Below, piece by piece: positions 29,988-38,519 of a stretch of 64,000 nucleotides of DNA (its first letter is position 1; each line of letters starts with the position of its first letter). The position numbers were made by a program, and so were the translations under genes. This DNA is from Myxococcota bacterium. GTDB lineage: Bacteria > Myxococcota_A > SURF-8. The DNA is taken from the NCBI GenBank assembly GCA_963674735.2, contig CAXXQS010000001.1, forward strand, positions 64,001 to 128,000, read 5' to 3'. The notes under the pieces were generated by a model. It ran no database searches. It was not told the DNA's origin and worked only from the letters and a program-made list of their open reading frames with translations.

Positions 29988-30016
29988 ATAGTAAAATGAT
30001 CATTTCTCCCTGTCAA
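29988..30016 (-). promoter_or_regulatory. Sigma70-type promoter for the CSLREA gene
   Basis: Minus-strand TTGACA (30011-30016) N17 TACTAT (29988-29993). Confidence 0.55.
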
Positions 30017-30178
30017 GCGGCTTTTGATAACTGGGGTAAGCCTAAACGGTTTCACTGTTTATTTTGTGTGTTTACTATCTTGAAAGTTACGCTAAATTTC
30101 TGTTATACTTACAACATCTTGGCTGGTTCTCAGCCGAAAGCGTGGAGCTATTTTTTGAGTGACAATTTGGAGGTATTG

Positions 30179-30793
30179 ATGCGCTTACGCGTCGATGTTG
30201 AGCAGTATCTGCGCGAATTCTCTCTGCTCTCGCGGGACTTCATTTTCGATGAAACCTTAGGCGTCATTCGTGGCAACTTGTCGGGTACGGAGGTCGAGTT
30301 GCGCATTCGTCCCAATCGACGTCCGGTCGCGCCCGTCATGGAACTGCAGATCCGCCAGCCTCTTCCGCAAGCTCCGGTATTTGCCGCCTCGCCGATCAGC
30401 GCACATTTAGCCAAGCGCACCGTCGGTCGCCTTGGCGATGGCATGACCGTCACCCTCGCCATTGATTGGTTCAGCCGCACCTTCAATTACGCCAACCTGC
30501 AAGTCGAAGATCCGGCCGGTCCTTATCAGTGTTTCAAACCGATCGATCGTCACAGCTATACGGATGTCGCCGACTTTCTCAATCGCTCACGCGCCCGTAC
30601 GCTGATCAGCCGCTTGATACGCCATTTTCCCGAAGTAGTGGTCTCCAAGGCCGGGGTTCGCCTCGAATTGCCATTCGAGGACGAGGAGGATCTCAAGGCG
30701 CTTGTCAGTCCCGCGCACCGTTTTCGAATCGGCGCGTCTGGCCGTTCTTTTAGCCCACGAAGTGTAGGTCAATCCCAATCGCCATCGTCCTGA
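30179..30793 (+). CDS. Hypothetical protein; 3' end uncertain (probable indels)
   Basis: GGAGG RBS before ATG 30179 (MRLRVDVEQ); coding-like until about 30710, then degenerates. Confidence 0.5.
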   Translation: MRLRVDVEQYLREFSLLSRDFIFDETLGVIRGNLSGTEVELRIRPNRRPVAPVMELQIRQPLPQAPVFAASPISAHLAKRTVGRLGDGMTVTLAIDWFSRTFNYANLQVEDPAGPYQCFKPIDRHSYTDVADFLNRSRARTLISRLIRHFPEVVVSKAGVRLELPFEDEEDLKALVSPAHRFRIGASGRSFSPRSVGQSQSPSS

Positions 30794-30883
30794 AAAGGGG
30801 GCATTGCGGGGCTTTCCGCCGCGTGATGGGTGCGTCTGTGGAACACCTTTCCCGAGGGGTAAAGGCCGGTTCTACCGCTCCAC

Positions 30884-30914
30884 AAAAAAAAACGCCGGGG
30901 ACGTCCCGGCGTTT
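30884..30914 (-). terminator. Rho-independent terminator of the PEGA-domain gene
   Basis: AAACGCCGGG-GACGT-CCCGGCGTTT hairpin with an A9 run on + (U-tract on -). Confidence 0.8.
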
Positions 30915-30934
30915 CGATAGCTTGAAGCGATAAG

Positions 30935-32640
30935 CTAGAACTTGATCAGGATGGCGTTGGGATTATCGAAGACCGGCCCGGTCGGTTCATCGTCGCCGCC
31001 ATCGCTGCCTTTAAAGCCCTAAAACCACGCCGGTGGTGACACCGCCCGCTACCACGACGCCGATGATGGTCCAGAACCACCAGGTAGCGTAGAAGGGGGG
31101 TCGCGGCGGCGGCGACGGTCTGTTCGGGCGGAATGTAGGTGCTCATCCACTCGGTTTCATCGGACAGCAGGCGCTCCACGAAGATATACGTCCCGTTGGC
31201 GACGTCTTCCGCCGCAAGATCGATGCGGGTGTTGGCGTTCTTATAGCGCTCACCCGCCACGTCGTAGTAGTAGCCGTCCAGTTCCACCATGCCCGACTGC
31301 TCGCTGACCTGCACCAGCATCAAGTAGTCCTCATTCATGCTTTCGCTGAGGTTCTGCACCGGCTCCCAGATGCGCTTGTGCTGCAACTCGCCCTTCATCG
31401 GAAGGATTTCGGGGCTGTAACTGAAGTAACGGGAAATCTGCTTCATCTGCACGTTGAGCTTTTTGGAGACGCCCTGATAAAGCGTCATCTTGGAGTAGTA
31501 GTCCTGATAGCCGGGCTGTTTGACTTTGATGTAGTGCTCGCTCGCCGACATGTTGTCGATTTTGAGCGGGCTCAAGCCACGGAAGTAACCGTCGATGAAA
31601 ATCGGCAGACCGTTCGGGCTGGAGGTGACCGTCAAGCTGGCGGTGGGGGCGTCGCGCAAGTCGTCGCGGGCCATATTGAAAGCCTCGCGCACTTCGTTGG
31701 GGAAGTTGATGTCGCCCAACGTCGCGTTGGGATTCCATTGCAGCATCCGGGTGAAAACTTTTTCGCCTTCTTCGCTGTCGCCATCGAGTACGTAAGAAGC
31801 GCCGAGATATAGCATGGCACTTTCAACGGAGGCGCGGTGCTCGGGATATTCCATCACTGGACCATAGGCCGCGATGGCGTCGATGCTGTCGTCGATGGCG
31901 ATATCGAATTCGTTGTTGTCGTACGACTGCCGCGCGCTTTTCGCCAAGGAGGCGGCTTTTTTGGCGGTGCTGTCTTCACCGACGGCGGAACGGTCGTCCA
32001 ACGCCGTGTTGACCGGGACGTGGGTGTAGTCTTCGTGGGAGCGCAGCCACGATTCGATGAGAATCCGTTCCTCCACGGTACGGCGCTCATCTTTCGAGGC
32101 GGCGGCCAACACGATCGAAACCACCGGGTTGGGACCATCGATGCGCGGACCGATGACGATGGACGAACGACGGGGAGCCGCTTTCGGGACAGTGTCTTCG
32201 AACAGCGCCTCTTCTTCTTCTTCGAAATCATCTTCGAAGTCGTCTTCTTCCTCATCCAGCGGCGCCTTTTCTTTTTCGGCGGGCTCTTCTTCCTCTTCGT
32301 CTTCGAAGTCTTCTTCCTCATCCTCGAATTCGTCGTCGTCTTCGAAGGCTTCCTCGTCCTCGAATTCGTCGTCGTCCTCGAATTTGTCGTCATCAACCGG
32401 TTCCGGTTTCGGTTCGGACTTCGGTTCGGGCGCTTTCTCCGGTTCGGCTTTCGCCGGTGGCTCGGCTGGTTCTCCGATCAGGTCGGAGTCATCCTCCATC
32501 AGGAGGTCGTCGAGCGACTGAGCCTGAGCCTTCGCAATCCCGGCATACAACGCAAGGTCAAACCCGTAAACAGCGAGGAAAACGGCCAGCACCACGCTTG
32601 TGAGCGGCTGAAACCAAGACACCCTCTGCCATTTCTTCAT
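30935..32640 (-). CDS. PEGA-domain protein with acidic linker and TPR-like helices; C-terminus restored by removing two homopolymer insertions
   Basis: LTVTSSPNGLPIFIDGYFRGLSPL..HYIKVKQPGYQDY PEGA motif; corrected tail PFYATWWFWTIIGVVVAGG..NAILIKF ends at the TAG at 30935-30937. Confidence 0.78.
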
Positions 32641-32763
32641 GGTACAAATCTCCCGCATCCTGAGTTAGGTGAGATATTTTCGTTTGCGATTCGTTAATCC
32701 TTCTGCACCTTTTGTATACCTCAAAGGTCTTTATGGTGCAATCAAAAATCCGGTCGACGAAGT

Positions 32764-33399
32764 TTATCCTTCCGATTGGTCATCATCAAAGGCCGTCGGT
32801 TCCGTATCAGAGGCGTCATCGGTGCCGGATTCCATGAACTTTTCAAGCGTGGACACCTTTTCGTCGAGCAGCGATACCTGGGCTCGCAGGACGTCCATTT
32901 CCTTGGTGAACAAACTGAGATTGGACACGGGGCCCACCACGGCCCGAATGCGGTCGTCGATGCGCCGTTGCAGGTCTTCCAGGTTGTGCTGCGAGATCCG
33001 TAGCAGTTCGCGCACCAGTCGGGTGCCGTCGTCGCGGGTGAAAACGCTTTTTGCCAGCAGTTTTTCGAACACTTCAACCGTTTTTTCGGCTTCTTCGCGA
33101 ATTTGGTTGATGTTGACGCGTTTCTGGAAGAAATCGGTAATGACCTCGCCGCCGCTCTGGATGATGCCGTACAGCGTTTGCGACGAGAGGTTTTTCTGGG
33201 TTTTTTCTTTTTCGAAGATGATCTGCGCCAGGGTGACGGAGGTGATGTCTTTTTTGGTTTTGTAGTCGATGATTTTCACGTCCGTGCCGGACTTGACCAT
33301 CTGCGCGATTTCGTTGAGGGTGATGTAGCAGCTATCATTGGTGTTGTACAACTTACGGTTTGCATAGCGCTTGATGACGATCGGTTTGCCCTTATCCAT
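32764..33399 (-). CDS. phaR: PHA synthesis regulator DNA-binding-domain protein (PhaR-like)
   Basis: IKRYANRKLYNT..SCYITL.EIAQMV..G..VKIID.KT..DITSVTLAQII. Confidence 0.8.
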   Translation of the reverse strand: MDKGKPIVIKRYANRKLYNTNDSCYITLNEIAQMVKSGTDVKIIDYKTKKDITSVTLAQIIFEKEKTQKNLSSQTLYGIIQSGGEVITDFFQKRVNINQIREEAEKTVEVFEKLLAKSVFTRDDGTRLVRELLRISQHNLEDLQRRIDDRIRAVVGPVSNLSLFTKEMDVLRAQVSLLDEKVSTLEKFMESGTDDASDTEPTAFDDDQSEG

Positions 33400-33635
33400 C
33401 CGGTAAGCCCCTGTTTTCACGTGTCGTACGTCTTGATATTACATGCCGCGTTCTTCTCGCTGTAACACAGGAAACCGCGAATTGTCAATTCTTTCCGCGT
33501 ATTTATCGGAACAAGGAACGCGGATCCGCTCGTTTGCGCCGACCGAGGCCTTCCGCCGGGCAGGTTTCGCGACCAAACTTGAAGCGGATGTGTAGCAATC
33601 ATACACGAAAAGTGTTTGCATGATCGATTTATCCG

Positions 33636-33664
33636 TTGCAATCGAAAGCGGTGTTGGATAGCAT
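33636..33664 (+). promoter_or_regulatory. Sigma70-type promoter for the TIGR02147-like gene
   Basis: TTGCAA N17 TAGCAT. Confidence 0.45.
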
Positions 33665-33696
33665 AAAGTCAATGAAGAAAGAAGGAAGAGTGAAAA

Positions 33697-34647
33697 GTGA
33701 AAAATCTTAGCCTTCAAATCAGTGTGTATCAATTCAGTGACTACCGTGCATTCCTTGAGGCGGCCTATCACGACCTGCACAGCCGGAATGCGGATGTATC
33801 CTATCGCTGGCTTCAGAAGCGCGCCGGATACTCCGTTCATTCCAATCATCTGTGGCAGGTGATCGCCGGTCGCACGACACTGAGCCCCACCGCCGCCCGT
33901 CGCTACGGACAGGCGGTCGGCCTGCCGGGTCGCGAATTGAAATTTTTTGTGGCCCTGGCGGCCATGAATCAGGCCAAGTCGGACGAGGAGCGCACCGCCT
34001 GGCTTGAGGAAATGCGGCGCCACGACGGTTTCCGCAATGCACGGGGGCGGGGGCACATCCACTACGCCTTCTATGAAGACTGGTATCTACCCGCTTTGCG
34101 AGCCTTGGTTACCCTGGAGGATTTCCGCGAGGATGCAGCCTGGATGGCGGCGCGTTTGCGGCCGCGAATTCGTCCCAGACAGGCTACGTCGGGGATCAAA
34201 CGCTTGATCGAACTCGGTTTTTTGCGCCACGATGAATCCGGACGGCTGGTGCAAAGTGAACCGATGATCGGGGTTCCCGCCGATCGGGACGACTCGGAAC
34301 CGGTGGAGCGGCTGGCCGTTCGTAATTACCACCGGGAAATGATGCGGCTTGGCGATGAGGCCATCGAAGGACATCCACAGACCGTGCGCGCCATCCTGGG
34401 CAACACTATGGCGGTCTCGCGGCGTCAGGCGGCGGCGATCAAGGCGAAGCTTGCGGAAACGATTCACGAGATCGAGGCGATGATCGAAGAAGACGAGCCG
34501 ATCGAAGTGATATATCGGCTTAATATGCAGTATTTTCCGTTGGTTGAGGTGGATGAACTCCCTGCCGGGAACGCCGCCGAGACCCGTTCGAATCGACGGA
34601 AAACAGAAAAGATCCAGGACAAAAAGTCCGGGTCGGGGAGGTCATGA
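33697..34647 (+). CDS. TIGR02147-family (DUF4423) protein, putative HTH regulator
   Basis: YQFSDYRAFL..SYRWL..AG..VIAGR..L..FY.DWY.PALR.L..A..L.P.I..L..LGFL..VRNYH..YRLNMQYFPL. Confidence 0.85.
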   Translation: MKNLSLQISVYQFSDYRAFLEAAYHDLHSRNADVSYRWLQKRAGYSVHSNHLWQVIAGRTTLSPTAARRYGQAVGLPGRELKFFVALAAMNQAKSDEERTAWLEEMRRHDGFRNARGRGHIHYAFYEDWYLPALRALVTLEDFREDAAWMAARLRPRIRPRQATSGIKRLIELGFLRHDESGRLVQSEPMIGVPADRDDSEPVERLAVRNYHREMMRLGDEAIEGHPQTVRAILGNTMAVSRRQAAAIKAKLAETIHEIEAMIEEDEPIEVIYRLNMQYFPLVEVDELPAGNAAETRSNRRKTEKIQDKKSGSGRS

Positions 34648-37244
34648 TGATGCGACGAGCGATGCTGATTTTTCTGCTGATGACCGTGTGGGTGTTTGGG
34701 GGTTTGATCGGCTGCGACGAACCGGTGGAGATCGACATAGAGCCGGATGGCGATAACAATACGGATGGATACGAGGGTCGAACCTACATGCTGGGGAACG
34801 GCTCTACCGATGGAAATCCGGCGGCGGTTTACATCGCTTTCGATGTTCACAACAGCGTGCCCCAGACCACGCCCCTGATCGACTGGGAGCTGGCTTCCAT
34901 CAGTCTCGATGAGGTTTTCCTGGCGGATGCGGCGGAGTGTAACAATGAAGACGGCCTGAGCCTGCCGACGGATGCGAAGTACATTTCGATGCTGATGCTC
35001 GATAGCAAAGGCGGGCTGGAAGGTTACAACCGGCTCGGCTTCAATGCGCCCGGCGATACGGATTACTGTTCCATGGATTTGCGCTTGGCGGGCGATTGGG
35101 GCTTGGTGGGTTTCGATGCCCTGGGCCGTCTGCCGGATGGCGGGGAGATTCTCATCAATCTTAGAACTTACGGGCTGATGCCGTTTGTTCCGGCGCAAGG
35201 CGCTTTCAATTGGGCGGCCGGATCGCAGGTGCATTACGTCGCCAGCCTGGATATCGGAGCCTTGATCGATCAGGAGATCCTGGATGAGCTTGAGCCGAAT
35301 GCGGACGGCGCGGTGGTCGTGGCTACGGTGGATGACAGCAATGGCGAAAACAATACCGCCATGGCGGAGCAGGTGATGGAACGGTTGTTTGCCAACCTGC
35401 ATCTTTTCGTGGATCCCGACGGCAACGGCAGTCTCGATGAGACCGAGCGCGCCGAAAACCCGGTGGCCGAGGCCGATGAAGAACGGGCGCGTGAATACGG
35501 CGAAGAAGGTCCGAGCGACGGCGATACGGATGGCGACGGACAAACCGACATTGGCGATTGCCTCGTCGTTACGCCTTCGGAACTCGATTTCGGATTTGTA
35601 TACCTGGGAAGCATCGCCGACCGGTCGGTCCAGATAGCGAATGGCTGCAACTACGACAGCTTGTCGGTATCGGTTATCTCTCAGCAGGATGAAAGCGATG
35701 CGGATTTCATCCTGTCCGAACTTCCCGAACTGCCGCTGGTTTTGGACCCCGGCGAGTTGGCCACAGTGACAGTCCGCTTTGAACCGCAAGATCTTGGAGG
35801 GAAAAGCGCCACGCTGGAAATCATCAGCGACCGCGGAGAGGCCGACGTCTATATCCACGGCAACGACGGCCGCCGTTGTGATCAGTTGGTGGTCGATTGC
35901 CCGAGCGGCCACACACCGCCCGACTGCGACGGCTGCGCGGGCGCCTGCCACATCGGCTACGGCGACGACGATCACCCCCTGACGACCGTTTTCCGCTTGG
36001 AAAATCTCCAGTGCGACTCGAATGACTTGATTACCATCAGTCTGATCTCGCTGGAGGGCGCGGATCACCCCGCCTTCTCGCTCGACAATCTCGACGAGCT
36101 GTTTCCTGAAGGCACGGCGACGCCTTTCTATCTCGCCCCGAACCAGGTGTTCGAGCTAGAAGTCAGCTTCCAGCCGCTGTTTTCGGGCGTGCACACCGCC
36201 CGGTTGGAATTTGAGCACGACAGCCCGAGCGTCGAGCAACCGCTGGTCATCGACCTGGTGGCCATTGGTGGCTGGCCGGAATTCACGGTCGCGCCGACCG
36301 CGCTCGATTTCGGGCCGGTGCCGGTGGGCGATTCGTGGACGATGGAACTGACGGCTGAGACCACGAGCGAACTGCCGCTGAGCTTCGACCGCGTGTGGGT
36401 CGAGAACCGTTCACCCGAGTACAGCGTGGAAGCGACCGATAATCCGCAGATCTACAATGTGACTTTCGCTCCGACGGCGGCGACGACCGTCGAGGACATG
36501 ATCGGCCTCTATTACCACATGCAGGCGGACGCGGAGGCGAACGTCCCGGTCACCGGCTTCGGCGTCCCGGCCTGCGATGAAAATCTGGTCCTCACACCGG
36601 AAACCCTCGCTTTCGGATACGTCGAGGCGGGCACCAGCGTGCAAAGGGAAACGGATGTGAGGAATTTCGGTACGGAAAGCGTGTCCATCACCAACATTAC
36701 TGTTGGCGGCGATGCGGGATTTTCGCTCAATGCTGCCAGTGCAGCGGCTTTGCCGGTCACAATCCCACCGGGTGGGCAGTTTGCCCTGGCGGTGGATTTC
36801 ATGCCGTTTGAGCTTCCGGCGATTGGTTGGCTGCGCATCCAGATGGATGACGGCTGCGAGTTGGTTGTGCACATGGATAGTACTGAGTTGACCGTCGATT
36901 ACTGCCGTGCGCCCAGCATGGAGCCCACGGATCTCGACTTCGGCTGTGTCGACGTCGGTGAAACCGGCCAACTGAGCTTCATCTGGACCAGCCGCATCGT
37001 GTCGGACATGACGATCACCGATATTTCCTTTGATCCGGCCGATTCGCCCTTCGCTTCGGCCATGCCGGATCTGCCCGCGACGTTACCGGCCCTCGGAACG
37101 CTCACCATCGGTCCGCTGACCTTTACCCCGGATTCACTCGGCGATGCGGACGCCACCCTGGTCGTGACGACCGATTCGGATAGCTGCGGGACGTCCGGTT
37201 TCTTCCGTATCCCGATCGGCGGACAAGGCTGCGAATCCCTTTGA
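34644..37244 (+). CDS. Lipoprotein with about five ASH/choice-of-anchor-D Ig-like repeats
   Basis: Lipobox LIGC, DGD linkers, repeated P..LDFG.V..G motifs; ATGA overlap with the upstream stop. Confidence 0.82.
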   Translation: MMMRRAMLIFLLMTVWVFGGLIGCDEPVEIDIEPDGDNNTDGYEGRTYMLGNGSTDGNPAAVYIAFDVHNSVPQTTPLIDWELASISLDEVFLADAAECNNEDGLSLPTDAKYISMLMLDSKGGLEGYNRLGFNAPGDTDYCSMDLRLAGDWGLVGFDALGRLPDGGEILINLRTYGLMPFVPAQGAFNWAAGSQVHYVASLDIGALIDQEILDELEPNADGAVVVATVDDSNGENNTAMAEQVMERLFANLHLFVDPDGNGSLDETERAENPVAEADEERAREYGEEGPSDGDTDGDGQTDIGDCLVVTPSELDFGFVYLGSIADRSVQIANGCNYDSLSVSVISQQDESDADFILSELPELPLVLDPGELATVTVRFEPQDLGGKSATLEIISDRGEADVYIHGNDGRRCDQLVVDCPSGHTPPDCDGCAGACHIGYGDDDHPLTTVFRLENLQCDSNDLITISLISLEGADHPAFSLDNLDELFPEGTATPFYLAPNQVFELEVSFQPLFSGVHTARLEFEHDSPSVEQPLVIDLVAIGGWPEFTVAPTALDFGPVPVGDSWTMELTAETTSELPLSFDRVWVENRSPEYSVEATDNPQIYNVTFAPTAATTVEDMIGLYYHMQADAEANVPVTGFGVPACDENLVLTPETLAFGYVEAGTSVQRETDVRNFGTESVSITNITVGGDAGFSLNAASAAALPVTIPPGGQFALAVDFMPFELPAIGWLRIQMDDGCELVVHMDSTELTVDYCRAPSMEPTDLDFGCVDVGETGQLSFIWTSRIVSDMTITDISFDPADSPFASAMPDLPATLPALGTLTIGPLTFTPDSLGDADATLVVTTDSDSCGTSGFFRIPIGGQGCESL

Positions 37245-37335
37245 TCCGCGCCTCCTTTCCTCTTTTCCCCTTGTTGCGTGCGAGGTCGGGCTTTTGCCCG
37301 ACCTCGCATGTTTTTGAGGGCAGGGAGAACGGAGC

Positions 37336-37707
37336 TCAGGCTTCGTCGGCTTGCGGCGGCACCCAGCCTTCCGGCTTGGACGGCTTTTCAGTGGGCGATC
37401 CCGAAGGGGTTTTCTGCATGTTTTTTTCGTGAACGCGCCGGAAGTAGCCCGACAGATCTTCCCCCAGCACCACGCCGGTACCGAAGGTGACGTACAGCAG
37501 GTCGCACAGGGCGTCGATCATCTCGGTTTTATCGTTGGACGATGCCGCCGCCACAAACTCGGAGGCCTCTTCTACGATGAGGCGGGCGCGGAAAAGCAAC
37601 TGGGCCGGATCGGTCTCGACGGCCACCGGATGTCCCATGCGTTCATGGAAGGCCTTCACCATCTCCTGGAATTCACAGCTTTCGAAACGGGGGGACGACT
37701 GGGGCAT
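37336..37707 (-). CDS. MazG-like / PRA-PH nucleotide pyrophosphohydrolase
   Basis: VKAFH, RARLIVEEASEF, DALCDLLYV.FG, VHEKNMQK, KPEGWVPP. Confidence 0.85.
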   Translation of the reverse strand: MPQSSPRFESCEFQEMVKAFHERMGHPVAVETDPAQLLFRARLIVEEASEFVAAASSNDKTEMIDALCDLLYVTFGTGVVLGEDLSGYFRRVHEKNMQKTPSGSPTEKPSKPEGWVPPQADEA

Positions 37708-37826
37708 GTCGAAGGACTCCTGGGGGGTTGAGCATGATTGTAAAAATGCCGACGGGCGCTCATAAATGCGCGCCCGCCGGTAGCACCGATTTCCTCCGTC
37801 CCGGTTCTCGGGTGGAAGAACTCCCT

Positions 37827-38441
37827 CTATTGTGCCGGGGTGCAGGCGAATGCACCCATGACCGCGAAGTAGTTGCCGACGGTGGCGCTGTCTTGCAGGC
37901 GGCAGTCGAATTCGCCGCTGTTCTCGTCGAGCAGCGTCAGCGTGCAGGGCGTGATCGAACGATAATTGGCGAACACGCGTTCGCCGCCCTCATACGATTC
38001 TTCCACCGACCACAACATGCCGAGCGTGTTGCCCGGCAGGGCGTAGTCGCCGGGGGCGCTGTAGTCGTCGAGCGTGATGGTGAATTCGGACCAGGTGTCG
38101 TCGGTGGCGAATTGGGTGACGCTGAAGGTGCTGCCAGCGATCGCGCAACCGGACGGCAGCACGTCGTGGATCGCATAGACGTAGTCGCCTTCCAGGTCGC
38201 CGCTGTCCACGTTGAAGCACAGGCTGTCGGCGGTGGGTACGCAGCGTCCGGCCGGGGTGTCGCCGTCGGCGGGAGCATCGCCATCGGCTGGAGCATCGCC
38301 ATCGGCGGGCGTGTCGCCATCGACTTCGCCGTCCCCATCCACATCGCCGTCTTCACTGTCGTCGTCTCCGCCGCAACCGGCCACGACGACGGTCAGGGCT
38401 AGTACCAGAATCATCAGCATCCACCAGTTGGATCGGGTCAT
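37827..38441 (-). CDS. Lipoprotein with DGD(T/A)PA repeat linker
   Basis: Lipobox VAGC, DGDVDGDGEV then four DGD(T/A)PA units. Confidence 0.78.
   Translation of the reverse strand: MTRSNWWMLMILVLALTVVVAGCGGDDDSEDGDVDGDGEVDGDTPADGDAPADGDAPADGDTPAGRCVPTADSLCFNVDSGDLEGDYVYAIHDVLPSGCAIAGSTFSVTQFATDDTWSEFTITLDDYSAPGDYALPGNTLGMLWSVEESYEGGERVFANYRSITPCTLTLLDENSGEFDCRLQDSATVGNYFAVMGAFACTPAQ
38250..38321 (-). repeat. Coding tandem repeat, 4 x 18 bp (DGD[T/A]PA)
   Basis: Direct reading of the sequence. Confidence 0.9.
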
Positions 38442-38476
38442 TGGACTTCCTCGATTATTGAATGACGAACGGCGTT

Positions 38477-38505
38477 ATTCTGCCCCGTTCGGCTTGGGTT
38501 GTCAA
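38477..38505 (-). promoter_or_regulatory. Sigma70-type promoter for the 37827-38441 lipoprotein
   Basis: Minus-strand TTGACA (38500-38505) N17 CAGAAT (38477-38482). Confidence 0.5.
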
Positions 38506-38519
38506 CCTATCCGTTGCTC

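Noticed and set aside
32764-33399. PHA biosynthesis cluster
   Set aside because: Only the PhaR-like DNA-binding protein is present; no phaC, phaA or phaB nearby
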